DNA of 64,000 nt from an uncultured Gemmataceae bacterium (GCA_963750165.1 CAVVPN010000011.1:544001-608000); one strand, 5' to 3'. Counted from the stretch's first letter, positions 43,449 through 53,720 are shown. Program-made: numbers and translations. Notes: generated by a model from the letters alone, not told the origin.

Positions 43449-44678
43449 ATGGCTGCCGTGCGCTTTGGCCGTTTGGCGGCGGTGCTGGCCGGGTTCGGGC
43501 TCCTTGGGGCCCTGGCGCTGGCCCCCAACCGGGCGGAGGCCTGTCCCTTCTGCTCGGCGGAATCCAAGGGCCCGACGCTGGTCGGCGACTTCAACCAGGC
43601 CACCATCGTGCTGGTGGGCACCTTCAGCAACCCCCGGCGCATCGGCGGCCGGGGCGACCTGGAGAGCGGCTTGACGGACTTCACCATCAACCAGTGCCTC
43701 AAGGGCGGCAACCACGAACTGGTCAAGGGCAAGACCGTCATCGTCCTGCCGCGGTACCTGCCATCGACCAGGAGCAAGTTCGTCATCTTCTGCGACGTGT
43801 ACAAGAACACCATCGACCCCTTACGCGGCGTTGAGTTGTCGGCCCAGAGCGACCTGGTGAACTACCTGATGAAGTCACTGGCGCTGAAGGACCGGCCCCT
43901 GAGCGAGCGACTGCGGCACTGCTTCAACTACCTCGACAGCGCCGACCCGGAGGTGTCGCTCGACGCCTACCGCGAGTTCGCGGCGGCCGACTACGCCGAC
44001 TATCGCGACATGGCGAAGAAGCTGCCGGCGGACAAAATCGCCGGCTGGCTGAAGGACGAGAAGACGCCGGCATACCGCTACGGTCTGTATGCCTCGCTGC
44101 TGGGCCTGTGCGGCGACAGCAAGAAGCACGGCGACCTGCTGCGCAGCATGGTGGACGACCCCAAGAAGCGCACCGGCTCCGGCATTGAGGGCCTGATGGC
44201 CGGTATGCTCATGCTGCAACCGAAACAGGGCTGGACCTACCTGGAGAACATCCTGAAGGACGAGAAGGAAGAGTTCCTGGTGCGCTACGCCGCGTTGACG
44301 ACGCTGCGGTTTTTCTGGAGCACGCGGCCGGACGTGTTCCCGAGGGAGCGACTGGCCCAGGGCGTTTGTCTGTCGCTGGTCCACAGCGACATGGCCGACT
44401 TCGCCATTGAGGATCTGCGCAAGTGGCACCGCTGGGAGTTGACGCCGCGGGTGCTGGGGCTGTTCACCCAGGAGTCGCATGACTTGCCGGTGGTCAAGCG
44501 GGCGATTCTGCGCTTCGCCCTGCAGGCAGCCAAGGAAGGCAAGAACCGCGAGGCCCAGGCGTTCGTGGACGCACAGACGAAACTGAATCCGGAGATGGTG
44601 AACGACACCTGGGAGCTGCTGCGGATCGACCTCGAAGCGACGCCGCCGGAAGCCACGCCGGCGCCCGTGAAGAAGTGA
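43449..44678 (+). CDS. Secreted hypothetical protein with N-terminal CPFC motif and helical-repeat body
   Basis: Signal peptide ending AEA, followed by CPFC. AGGAGA RBS. Paralogous to the next gene. Confidence 0.75.
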   Translation: MAAVRFGRLAAVLAGFGLLGALALAPNRAEACPFCSAESKGPTLVGDFNQATIVLVGTFSNPRRIGGRGDLESGLTDFTINQCLKGGNHELVKGKTVIVLPRYLPSTRSKFVIFCDVYKNTIDPLRGVELSAQSDLVNYLMKSLALKDRPLSERLRHCFNYLDSADPEVSLDAYREFAAADYADYRDMAKKLPADKIAGWLKDEKTPAYRYGLYASLLGLCGDSKKHGDLLRSMVDDPKKRTGSGIEGLMAGMLMLQPKQGWTYLENILKDEKEEFLVRYAALTTLRFFWSTRPDVFPRERLAQGVCLSLVHSDMADFAIEDLRKWHRWELTPRVLGLFTQESHDLPVVKRAILRFALQAAKEGKNREAQAFVDAQTKLNPEMVNDTWELLRIDLEATPPEATPAPVKK

Positions 44679-44700
44679 CCTGGTCTTTTATCGTCGGGTT

Positions 44701-44765
44701 CGAGCGGCGCGGCGTCAGGCCGCCGGTACTGCGATGTTACCGGCGGCCTGACGCCGCGCCGCTCG
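44701..44765. repeat. REP-like palindrome family D, copy 1
   Basis: cgagcggcgcggcgtcaggccgccggta...taccggcggcctgacgccgcgccgctcg. Homologous to 53721-53788. Confidence 0.8.
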
Positions 44766-44799
44766 CCCAGAGCAAACGCCCGAACAGAAGGAGAAGTGC

Positions 44800-45969
44800 A
44801 TGACGCGCTCACTCTGGCCGGCCCTGGGATTGCTGCTGCTCGCGCTGCCCTGCCCTGCCCCGGCGTGCAGCCTCTGCGGCTCGCTGCGCGACAAGCTGAC
44901 GTTTCGACAGGAGGTCCAGCAGGCGGTCGTGGTGCTCTACGGCACCGCCGCCAACCCGCGCTTCGACAACGACCCGAAAGCCCCGCCCGGCGCCGGCAGC
45001 ACGGACTTCCACATCCGCGCCGTCCTCAAGTCGGCCCCAATCCTGGGCGAGCAGAAAAGCATCGTCCTGCCGCGCTACCTCCCCGTGCTCAACCCCAAGG
45101 ATCCGCCGCGCTTCGTGGTTTTTTGCAGCGTCCGCGAAGGCAAGCTCTTCGCCTATGAGGGCCGCACCGTCAAATCGGAAGCCCTGCTGAAGTACCTCGA
45201 AGAAGCGAAGGCCATCCAGGGTAAGGACCGCACCACCGCCCTGCTCTTCTACTTCCGCTACCTCGACCACGAGGACGACGTGATTGCCCAGGATGCGTTC
45301 CTGGAGTTCGCCCGCTCGTCGGACCAGGAAATCGGCCAGGTCGCCAAACATCTGCCCGCGGACAAACTGCGGCAACTGCTGGCCAACCCGAAAACGCCCT
45401 CGGAGCGCATCGGCCTGTATGCGTTCCTGCTCGGCGCGGTCGGCGGCGACCAGGACGCGGCGTTCCTCAAGGCCATGATTGACCGGCCGACCGAGCGCAA
45501 TGTGAACGCCCTCGACGGGCTGCTGTCCGGCTACATCCATCTGCGCGGCCGCGCCGGCTGGGATGTGGTGGTGGCGTTACTGGCGGACTCGAAACGGAAT
45601 TACAACGAGCGTTTCGCCGCGGCCCGAACGCTGCGCTTTTACCAGTCGTGGAAGCCAGCGGAGGCGAAGGAGCACATCCTGCGCGGCCTGGCGGTGCTGG
45701 TCGCGGACGGCGAGTTGGCGGACATGGGCATCGAGGATTTACGCAAGAACAAAATCTGGGATCTCACCGACCTGGTGCTGGCCCAGTATAGCAAGGCCAG
45801 TCACAACACGCCGATCATCCAGCAGGCCATTGTCCGCTACGCCCTGGACTGCGCCGCGCAGAAAGGGCCGGCCCGCGCCGCCGCGTTCGTCGAGCAGGTG
45901 CGCCGTCAGAACGCCGACCTCGTCCGCCAGGCGGAAGAAGCGCTGGCATTCGAGAAACAGAATCCCTGA
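44800..45969 (+). CDS. Secreted hypothetical protein with N-terminal CSLC motif (paralog)
   Basis: Signal peptide ending APA, followed by CSLC. Shares VLPRYLP, F.YLD...DA..EFA, GLYA.LLG and AD..IEDLRK blocks with the upstream gene. Confidence 0.75.
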   Translation: MTRSLWPALGLLLLALPCPAPACSLCGSLRDKLTFRQEVQQAVVVLYGTAANPRFDNDPKAPPGAGSTDFHIRAVLKSAPILGEQKSIVLPRYLPVLNPKDPPRFVVFCSVREGKLFAYEGRTVKSEALLKYLEEAKAIQGKDRTTALLFYFRYLDHEDDVIAQDAFLEFARSSDQEIGQVAKHLPADKLRQLLANPKTPSERIGLYAFLLGAVGGDQDAAFLKAMIDRPTERNVNALDGLLSGYIHLRGRAGWDVVVALLADSKRNYNERFAAARTLRFYQSWKPAEAKEHILRGLAVLVADGELADMGIEDLRKNKIWDLTDLVLAQYSKASHNTPIIQQAIVRYALDCAAQKGPARAAAFVEQVRRQNADLVRQAEEALAFEKQNP

Positions 45970-45992
45970 CCTTTCGCACTGGGTTGTCGTTC

Positions 45993-47483
45993 ATGCCGTT
46001 CACCGTGCAGTTTGCTCCCCTGGCCGAGGTCGCGGCCGACTGGCTCATCGTGATCGTTCCCGAGGACGAGGCGCCGTTCGGCTCACTCGCCGAGCTGGAC
46101 GCCCGGTTGGAGGGGGCACTGTCCAGGCTCAAGCAGGCCGGCGATCTGACCGGCAAAGCGCTGGAAATCACCACCCTGTTTGACCGCCCGGGCATGGCCG
46201 CGCGGCGGCTGTTGCTGGTCGGGCTCGGCAAGCGCGACAAGGCCGACCGGGCGGCGCTCACCAGCGCTGCCGCGGCTGCGGCGCTGGCCGTCACGGACAA
46301 ACAGCACCAGCGTGTCGCCCTGGCGCTGCCGGAGAACGAACCGCACCTGGACTGGGCGGCGGTGACGCTGGCGGTCGGCGTCGGTCTGATGCAGGGCAGC
46401 CAGGGCTCCGGCATCCGCAAGAGCAAGGCAACGCGCTTCACGCCGCGCGAAGTGGTGTTGGTGGCGCCACCGACGGCGCCGGCCGCGGAGATCCAGCAGG
46501 CGGCCCACCGTGCCGGCGTCGAGGCACGGGCCGTGACGCTGGCCCGGGAGCTGATCAACACTCCCCCCAACGAACTCTATCCCGAAACCTTCGCGGCCCG
46601 CGCCCAGCAGGTCGCCCAGGCTGTCGGCGTCGAGTGCGTTGTCTGGGACGAGCGGCAGCTGGAGGCGGAGCACATGGGCGCGCTGCTTGGCGTCGCCCGC
46701 GGCTCCGACCGGCCGCCGCGCTTCGTGGCGCTGCGCTACCGCCACGGCGGCGGCGAACGCACGCTGGGCCTGGTCGGCAAGGGCGTGACCTTCGACAGCG
46801 GTGGCCTGTCGCTGAAGCCGACCGATGGCATGCTCGACATGAAGTGCGACATGGCCGGCGCCGCCACGGTGCTGGCCGCGGTGCAGGCGCTCGCGGAGAT
46901 GCAGGCGCCGGTGAACGTGCTGGGCGTGATGCCATTGGTGGAGAACATGCCCAGCGGCAAGGCGCTCAAACTCGGCGACGTGCTCCGCGCGCGCAGCGGC
47001 AAGACCATCGAGATTCACAACACTGACGCGGAGGGCCGGTTGATCCTGGCGGACGCGCTAGCCTACGCGGTTGAGCAGAAGGTCGATCATCTGGTGGACC
47101 TGGCGACACTGACCGGCGCGTGCCTGGTGGCGCTGGGCACGGACGTGGCGGGGCTGATGACGAACAACGAGGCCTGGGCGGAGCAGGTGCGGTCGGCGGC
47201 GGCGCGCTGCGGCGAGCTGGTGTGGCCGTTGCCGATGTTCCCGCACTACGCCGAGCTAATCAAGAGCAAGGTCGCGGACATCAAGAACACGGGCGGCACG
47301 CGCTGGGGCGGCGCCATCACCGCGGCGAAGTTTCTGGAGGAGTTCGTCAACGGCGTGCCGTGGGTGCATCTGGACATCGCCGGGCCGGCATGGGCCGAAC
47401 ACGAAGGGCCAACACGCGAGGCCGGCGGCACCGGGACGTATGTGCGGACGCTGGTGGAACTGGCGCTAGCTTATGGGAAATGA
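45993..47483 (+). CDS. pepA: Leucyl aminopeptidase (M17)
   Basis: GKGVTFDSGG, MKCDMAGAA, NTDAEGRLILAD, DLATLTGA and HLDIAG. Confidence 0.95.
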   Translation: MPFTVQFAPLAEVAADWLIVIVPEDEAPFGSLAELDARLEGALSRLKQAGDLTGKALEITTLFDRPGMAARRLLLVGLGKRDKADRAALTSAAAAAALAVTDKQHQRVALALPENEPHLDWAAVTLAVGVGLMQGSQGSGIRKSKATRFTPREVVLVAPPTAPAAEIQQAAHRAGVEARAVTLARELINTPPNELYPETFAARAQQVAQAVGVECVVWDERQLEAEHMGALLGVARGSDRPPRFVALRYRHGGGERTLGLVGKGVTFDSGGLSLKPTDGMLDMKCDMAGAATVLAAVQALAEMQAPVNVLGVMPLVENMPSGKALKLGDVLRARSGKTIEIHNTDAEGRLILADALAYAVEQKVDHLVDLATLTGACLVALGTDVAGLMTNNEAWAEQVRSAAARCGELVWPLPMFPHYAELIKSKVADIKNTGGTRWGGAITAAKFLEEFVNGVPWVHLDIAGPAWAEHEGPTREAGGTGTYVRTLVELALAYGK

Positions 47484-47606
47484 AAAGACGAATCACGAAA
47501 ACACGAAAAAAGACAGAAAAATTGATAAATCAGAGTTGAAGTCTACCGTCGAGGATCTGATTACTCACTCTTTCTGTCTTTTTCGTGTTTTCGTGATTCG
47601 TCTTTT
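47483..47606. repeat. Long AT-rich inverted repeat filling a convergent intergenic gap (probable bidirectional terminator or palindromic element)
   Basis: ~36-bp arms aaaagacgaatcacgaaaacacgaaaaaagacagaaa / tttctgtctttttcgtgttttcgtgattcgtctttt. Confidence 0.8.
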
Positions 47607-48464
47607 TTACTTCCGCTTCAACTGAGCTGTGGGAATCACCCACAAATCCATGCCGCCCTTGCCGCCGGGCCGATCCGATGCGAAATACAGCTTCCTGTCG
47701 TCGGCGCTCAGGCTCGGGCAGGTGTCGCCGCGCGGCCCCTCCGAGTGATTCAGCGCCGTCAGCGGTTCCGGGTTCGACCACTTCGCACCGACCTTCGCCC
47801 GCTTGCTGACGAACAGGCCCCAGCGCTCCTTTGCCAGCGGCCCCTGCAAATACATCATTAGACCGTTGCTGCTCACGGTGGCGTGATGGAAGCCGGCCGC
47901 AAAGCCCACCTCATCGTCGTCCCTGACCGGCCCCGGCACCGGTCCCTTGGCGACGAACTGTTTCCAGCCATCCTTCGTCTTGCGGCTGAAATAAAACTCC
48001 CGGCCGTTGGCGGTGATCCACGGGTGCAGTTCGTCCATCCGGGTGCTGATGCCCAGCAGCGGCAGCGCCGCCCGCGTACCTTCCTTCATCTTCAGGTCAT
48101 AATTTTTGGCCTTCGCGAACTTCGCGTCCGGCACCGCGTTGGTGGCGAAGTAAAGCACGCGCTCCTTCGTAAAGAACGGGCTGCGCGAGTCGGCGTCCTT
48201 GCTATTGGTCTGAGTGAGCGGCTTGCCCGCCGGCCAGGTCGTGCCGCTGCGTGTGGACGCGAACAGGTTGAAATAACCGCTGCTGTTGGCGGCGTAAAGC
48301 AAATACTTGCCGTCCGCCGTGGCGAACGGATCGACCTCATCGGCGGCGGTGTTGATCCTGTCGAGGTTGACCGGCTTGAGTTTGCTGTCGTCGCCGGCCG
48401 GCGTCGTCGGCACCGTCGTCAGCAGCGACACCAACGTCAGCACCGCGACAAGGAATCGGCACAT
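47607..48464 (-). CDS. Secreted PD40/TolB-like beta-propeller protein
   Basis: Signal peptide and repeated P....DG..LYF.S motifs (DPFATADGKYLLY, HPWITANGREFYFSR, CPSLSADDRKLYFASDRPGGKGGMDLW). Confidence 0.85.
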   Translation of the reverse strand: MCRFLVAVLTLVSLLTTVPTTPAGDDSKLKPVNLDRINTAADEVDPFATADGKYLLYAANSSGYFNLFASTRSGTTWPAGKPLTQTNSKDADSRSPFFTKERVLYFATNAVPDAKFAKAKNYDLKMKEGTRAALPLLGISTRMDELHPWITANGREFYFSRKTKDGWKQFVAKGPVPGPVRDDDEVGFAAGFHHATVSSNGLMMYLQGPLAKERWGLFVSKRAKVGAKWSNPEPLTALNHSEGPRGDTCPSLSADDRKLYFASDRPGGKGGMDLWVIPTAQLKRK

Positions 48465-48719
48465 CGGGGCACACTCCCGGAAGGTTTTTGAGGTTCGTTC
48501 CTGTTCGTTGGACGCCAGGGCGCGGCCGTTGGTTTCCGATTCGCCCCGCGGCGGCGGTCAGGGATACCCTTCACATCCTGCCCGCAGGCGCCCTGATCTT
48601 CAATCCCATTCGCCAGGAATTGCTTACCCCCAAGCAAACTTTTCAGCTGGTGGTCCGTCTTGTTAATGTCCGAAGAGTTGGCTTCATCAGGTTTTCTAAT
48701 TTTGAAGGAGGACACGAGA

Positions 48720-49949
48720 ATGCGTCGCACGCTGACAGGACTGATGGCCGGTGCCCTGCTGATCGGGGCCGCGGCGGGGGCCGGCGCCCAGCAGGCCGGC
48801 GGCAAGCCCCAGGACGTGGCGAACGTGGTCAAGGGCAACGATGCGTTCGCCTTTGACCTGTACGGACAGCTGGCGAAAAAGGACGGCAACCTGTTCTTTT
48901 CGCCGTACAGCATCTCGACGGCGCTGGCGATGACCTATGGCGGCGCCCGCGGCCAGACCGCCGTGGACATGGCCAAAACGCTGCACTTCACGCTGTCGCC
49001 GGACGAACTGCACGCCGCCTACGGCAAGCTGCGCCACCAGATCAACGACGGCAAGGACCGCAAGTATCAGCTGTACACGGTGAATCGTCTGTGGGGCCAG
49101 CGCGATTACCAGTTCCAGCCGGCCTTCCTGAACCTGACGCGCGACCACTACGGTGCCGGTCTCGAAGAGGTCGATTTCGTCGGCGCCCGCGCCCAGGCCC
49201 GCAAGACCATCAACGACTGGGTCGCGAAGCAGACGCAGGACAAGATCAAGGACCTGGTCCCGGCAAAAGCGCTCAGCGTGGACACGCGGCTGGTGCTGAC
49301 CAACGCCATCTACTTCAAGGCGGCGTGGTCCCGGATCTTCCACGACGGGGCCACCCAAAAGGGGAAGTTCCATCTGAACGGCAAGGACACCGTCACCGCG
49401 CCGTTCATGCACAAGGACGAGCACCTGCCGTACTTCGCCAACGACCAGTTCCAGGCCGTGAGCGTGCCGTATGAGAACGGCCAGCTCAATTTGGTGGTCC
49501 TGCTGCCGCGCAGCGCCAACGGCCTCCGCGACCTGGAGAAGCAGCTCAGCGCCGCCCGCCTGGCGGAGTGGCGCGGCAAGATGAAGTGGACCAACGTCCG
49601 GCTGGCGCTGCCGAAGTTCAAGTTCACCTCGACGTTCAACCTGAACGAGGTGCTGTCCGACCTGGGCATGGCGAACGCCTTTTCGGACAAGGCCGACTTC
49701 AGCGGCATGACGACGCAGAACAAGCTGCACATCTCGAACGTCATTCACAAGGCGTTTATCGACGTGCATGAGAAGGGCACCGAGGCGGCCGCGGCCACCG
49801 CGGTCGTCATGGACAAGGAGGCCAGCGCCGTGCAGCCGACGCCGCCGCAGCCGTTCCGCGCCGACCGGCCCTTCGTCTTCCTGATCCAGGAGGCGCGTAC
49901 CGGCAGCATCCTCTTCGCCGGCCGCGTCGCCAACCCGGTCGCCGAGTAA
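48720..49949 (+). CDS. Serpin family protease inhibitor 1
   Basis: Signal peptide, NLFFSPYSI, LTNAIYFKA, EKGTEAAAAT hinge and FRADRPFVFLI. Confidence 0.95.
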   Translation: MRRTLTGLMAGALLIGAAAGAGAQQAGGKPQDVANVVKGNDAFAFDLYGQLAKKDGNLFFSPYSISTALAMTYGGARGQTAVDMAKTLHFTLSPDELHAAYGKLRHQINDGKDRKYQLYTVNRLWGQRDYQFQPAFLNLTRDHYGAGLEEVDFVGARAQARKTINDWVAKQTQDKIKDLVPAKALSVDTRLVLTNAIYFKAAWSRIFHDGATQKGKFHLNGKDTVTAPFMHKDEHLPYFANDQFQAVSVPYENGQLNLVVLLPRSANGLRDLEKQLSAARLAEWRGKMKWTNVRLALPKFKFTSTFNLNEVLSDLGMANAFSDKADFSGMTTQNKLHISNVIHKAFIDVHEKGTEAAAATAVVMDKEASAVQPTPPQPFRADRPFVFLIQEARTGSILFAGRVANPVAE

Positions 49950-49959
49950 AACATCCCCT

Positions 49960-49994
49960 GCCCCGGGGCCGGTTCGCGGAACCGGCCCCGGGGC
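49960..49994. other. Perfect 16-bp GC-rich hairpin between serpin 1 and serpin 2
   Basis: gccccggggccggttc-gcg-gaaccggccccggggc. Only a weak U-tract, so possibly an mRNA stabiliser or partial terminator. Confidence 0.6.
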
Positions 49995-50020
49995 GATCCT
50001 TTCTTGCCCCGAGGTGACCC

Positions 50021-51253
50021 ATGCGACTGACTGCTGGCATGCTGCTCGCCGGCGCCGCGGCGCTGGCCCTGACCGGCCGCGGCGCCGGCCAACCGCCGGC
50101 CCAGGTCCCGCTCGTCCCGAAAGCGGTCGTGGACGGCAACACCGCCTTCGCCTTCGACCTGTACGGCCGGCTGGCGAAGCAGGACGGCAACCTGTTCTAT
50201 TCGCCCTACAGCATCTCGACGGCGCTGGCGATGACCTACGCCGGCGCCCGCGGCCAGACCGAAACGGCCATGAGCCGCACGCTGCACTTCACGCTGCCCC
50301 AGGCGGAGCTGCACCCCGCCTTCGCCGGCCTGATGCGGCACGTGAATGACGACCGTAAGGACCGCAAGTTTCAGCTGGTCACGGCGAACCGGCTCTGGGG
50401 CCAACAGGGATATTCGTTCCTGAAGGACTTCCTGAAGCTGACGCACGACCAGTACGGCGCCGGCCTGGAGGAGGTCGATTACATCGCCGCCCGGGAACAG
50501 GCCCGGCAGAAGATCAACGCCTGGGTCGAGAAGCAGACCCGGGAGAAGATCAAGGACCTGGTGCCGCTCGAGGCGCTCGACGAGCAGACCCGGCTGGTGC
50601 TGACCAACGCCATTTATTTCAAGGCGTCCTGGGCCAACGCCTTCCCGGAAGGGGCGACGTTCAAGGACAAGTTCCGCCTGGCCGGCGGCGGCACGGTCGA
50701 GGCGCCGTTCATGCTCAAGACCGAGCGCCTGCCGTATTTCGACAACGACCAGTTCCAGGCGGTCCTCATCCCGTATGAGCACGGCCAGCTGTACATGACC
50801 ATCCTGCTGCCGCGGCAGCCCAACGGCCTGGCGGAACTGGAAAAGCAGTTGACCGCCGCCCGCCTCAAGGAGTGGCAGGGCAAGCTGGCGCTGGCGAACG
50901 TGACGCTGACGCTGCCGAAGTTCAAGTTCACCTCGACGTTCAACCTCAAGCAGGTGCTGACCGACATGGGCATGGGCGTCGCCTTCTCGAAGGCGGCGGC
51001 CGACTTCAGCGGCATGACCGACACCAAGAAGCTCTACATTTCCGAGGTGATCCACAAGGCGTTCGTGGACGTGCATGAATCGGGCACCGAGGCGGCGGCG
51101 GCCACCGCCGTCATCATGAAAGGGAAGTCCAGGCCGCCGCAATTGCCGGAGCGCACCGTCCGCGCCGACCGGCCCTTCGTCTTCCTGATCCAGGAGGCGC
51201 GCACCGGCAGCGTCCTCTTCGCCGGTCGCGTCGCCAACCCGGTCGCCAAGTAA
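50021..51253 (+). CDS. Serpin family protease inhibitor 2
   Basis: Same serpin motifs, with an ESGTEAAAAT hinge. Confidence 0.95.
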   Translation: MRLTAGMLLAGAAALALTGRGAGQPPAQVPLVPKAVVDGNTAFAFDLYGRLAKQDGNLFYSPYSISTALAMTYAGARGQTETAMSRTLHFTLPQAELHPAFAGLMRHVNDDRKDRKFQLVTANRLWGQQGYSFLKDFLKLTHDQYGAGLEEVDYIAAREQARQKINAWVEKQTREKIKDLVPLEALDEQTRLVLTNAIYFKASWANAFPEGATFKDKFRLAGGGTVEAPFMLKTERLPYFDNDQFQAVLIPYEHGQLYMTILLPRQPNGLAELEKQLTAARLKEWQGKLALANVTLTLPKFKFTSTFNLKQVLTDMGMGVAFSKAAADFSGMTDTKKLYISEVIHKAFVDVHESGTEAAAATAVIMKGKSRPPQLPERTVRADRPFVFLIQEARTGSVLFAGRVANPVAK

Positions 51254-51280
51254 AATAACCCCTGTCCCCGGAGGTGATTC

Positions 51281-52492
51281 ATGAAATTGTTTACCGGAAT
51301 GCTGTTCGCGGGCGTCGCGGCGTTCGCCCTGACCGCGACCAGCGCCGGCCAGCCGCCGGCCAAGCTCTCCCCCGACACGAAGGCACTCGTGGACGACAAC
51401 AACCGTTTCGCGTTCGACCTGTACGGCAAGCTCCGCGACGGCAAGGGCAACCTGTTCTATTCGCCCTCCAGCATCTCGACGGCGCTGGCCATGACCTACG
51501 CCGGCGCCCGCGGCCAGACCGCCGAGGAGATGGCCGCGACCCTGCACTTCCACCTGCCGCGCGAGCGGCTGAACGCGGCCTACGCCGACCTGCTCCGCCA
51601 GCTGAAGGGCGGCAAGGACCGCAAGGCCCGCCTCGAAGTCGCCAACCGTCTGTGGGGCCAGCAGGACTACGGCTTCCTGCCCGGCTTCCTGAAGGTGACG
51701 CAGGACGACTACGGCGCCGGCCTGAAGGAAGTCGATTTCGTCGGCCACACGGAGGAGGCGCGGAAGGAGATCAACGCCTGGGTCGAGAAGCAGACGCAGG
51801 ACAAGATCAAGGAACTGATCAAGCCGGGCCTGCTGACCGTGGACACGCGGTTGGTGCTGACCAACGCCATCTACTTCAAGGCGGCGTGGCTGCGGCCGTT
51901 CGACCCGAAGGCGACGAAGAATGACACGTTCTTCGTCACGCCGAACCAGAAGGCGACCGTCAAGATGATGAGCGGAAACGTCCGCACCAACTTCCGCGAC
52001 TTCGGCGACAAGGCCATCCTGGAGCTGCCTTACGAGAATCTGGAGATGTCGATGGTCGTGCTGCTGCCGAAGCAGGCGGACGGCCTGCCGGCGCTGGAGA
52101 AGGAGCTGACCGCGGCGAACCTGAAGCAGTGGCTGGCGAAGCTGAGCGATCATCGCGTGGACGTGAAGCTGCCGAAGTTCAAGTTCACCGCCGAATTTCG
52201 GCTGGATGACCAGCTCAAGGCGCTGGGCATGAAAAAGGCGTTCGGGCCGGGGGCGGACTTCAGCGGCATGACCAGCCGGGAGAAGCTGTACATTTCCGCG
52301 GTGGTTCACAAGGCGTTCGTGGACGTGAACGAGGCCGGCACCGAGGCGGCCGCCGCGACGGCGGTCATCATGGAACGGCTGTCGGCGCCGCCGCCGGGCA
52401 CCTTCCGGGCCGACCACCCGTTCGTGTTCCTGATCCGCGACAACCGCACTGGCACCGTGCTGTTCGCGGGCCGCGTCGTCAACCCGGGCTGA
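51281..52492 (+). CDS. Serpin family protease inhibitor 3
   Basis: Same serpin motifs, with an EAGTEAAAAT hinge and FRADHPFVFLI. Confidence 0.95.
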   Translation: MKLFTGMLFAGVAAFALTATSAGQPPAKLSPDTKALVDDNNRFAFDLYGKLRDGKGNLFYSPSSISTALAMTYAGARGQTAEEMAATLHFHLPRERLNAAYADLLRQLKGGKDRKARLEVANRLWGQQDYGFLPGFLKVTQDDYGAGLKEVDFVGHTEEARKEINAWVEKQTQDKIKELIKPGLLTVDTRLVLTNAIYFKAAWLRPFDPKATKNDTFFVTPNQKATVKMMSGNVRTNFRDFGDKAILELPYENLEMSMVVLLPKQADGLPALEKELTAANLKQWLAKLSDHRVDVKLPKFKFTAEFRLDDQLKALGMKKAFGPGADFSGMTSREKLYISAVVHKAFVDVNEAGTEAAAATAVIMERLSAPPPGTFRADHPFVFLIRDNRTGTVLFAGRVVNPG

Positions 52493-52515
52493 GCGGAGCG
52501 GCTGTCTCTGCCCTG

Positions 52516-52566
52516 ACCCCGTTTACGTTTCGCGCGGCGTGCGCGAAACGTAAACGGGGTTCTTTT
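52516..52566. terminator. 20-bp palindrome, probable terminator between convergent genes
   Basis: accccgtttacgtttcgcgc-ggcgt-gcgcgaaacgtaaacggggt followed by tctttt. The core resembles the gtttcgcgcg/cgcgcgaaac hairpin near 39120-39148. Confidence 0.7.
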
Positions 52567-52583
52567 GGGTTCAGGTTTCTCGA

Positions 52584-53619
52584 TCATCGACCGCGCCAGA
52601 AAGCGATGCTGATGTGCAGGATGCTCCAGTACGCGAAGCTGGAGCGGGCGAACAACTCGCAGAACCACCCTGCCCTGCCCCAGCAGTGGACCCGCAGCGC
52701 CATCAGCAGCAGCACCGCCAGCGCCACGCCGAGGTGCAGTATCACGAAGCCGCGCGGCGTCGTCCGCAGCCATTGCCACCAGGACGGCCGCTCCACCGGC
52801 GGCCGGCCGGCCAGCTGCCGGCACACGAACACCAGCCAGGCGGTGACGTGGACCAGGATGATGAGGTTGAAGCCGACCGACCCCAGCACCGCGCCAATCA
52901 TCAGCAGACCGAGGATGCCAGCGTAAACCAGCCACAACGGCCGGTGCAACCGCAGTAACTCCCCTGCCCTGCCCCTGCCCCACAGAGCCAGGCTGAGCAG
53001 TCCGCAGCTGGCGGCCGTTAGCAGGACCATCAACACCATCAGCCACACCCGCGGCGAGTCCACCAGGGCGCGCGTTCTCGCAACGGCGCTGCCGTGCAGG
53101 AGGTAGACGCCGACCAGCACCGCCGTCAGCAGCAGGGCCACCGCCACGCTCAGGCGGCCGAGCAGCCGCGCCGTCGCCGCGGGGTCGCCGGGGGCGTCGC
53201 CATACGCCTGAAATAGCCGGGCCTGGTCGCGGACCTCGTGAATCAGGAAATAGGCGTAGAACAGCAGCAGCAGCAGAGGATTGCGCAGGCCGCCGAGCCG
53301 GGCCAGCAGCACGCACAGGGTCACGCCCAGGGTGGTCCAGCCGGCACAGCGCCAGCGCCGCGGGGCGGCGCAGCTGCGGTGAGGTGAGCAGGAATAACCA
53401 GCCGACCAGGAAATGCGCCAGGCCGAGCGCCCGCATCATCACGTCGCTGGGGTTTTCCAGGAAGCGGCGCGGGCTGCGCAGCAGGCCGGTTTCGACGGCG
53501 TAACCGAGGCAGCCCAGCGCGAGCGCCGCGGCGGCGACCAGGACGGCCCGGCCGAACTGGCGCACCGTCGTCGAGGACCACGCGGGCCGTGCGGCCGCCG
53601 ACAGCGCGACGCTTGCCAT
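52584..53619 (-). CDS. Hypothetical polytopic membrane protein, frameshift near 53345
   Basis: Hydrophobic ORFs 53619-~53345 and 53324-52584 join into one. Intramembrane His residues (GLAHF, LIHEVRD, ILVHVTAW, SILHI). Confidence 0.65.
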
Positions 53620-53720
53620 GATGGCGGGCCTCCCTGCCCTGCCGAGGAGGACGGACCACTCCCGAAGTCGGCGGATTATACGCCAGGGGCGCCGCGGACA
53701 AAAGAGAGGATAGATTGTGA

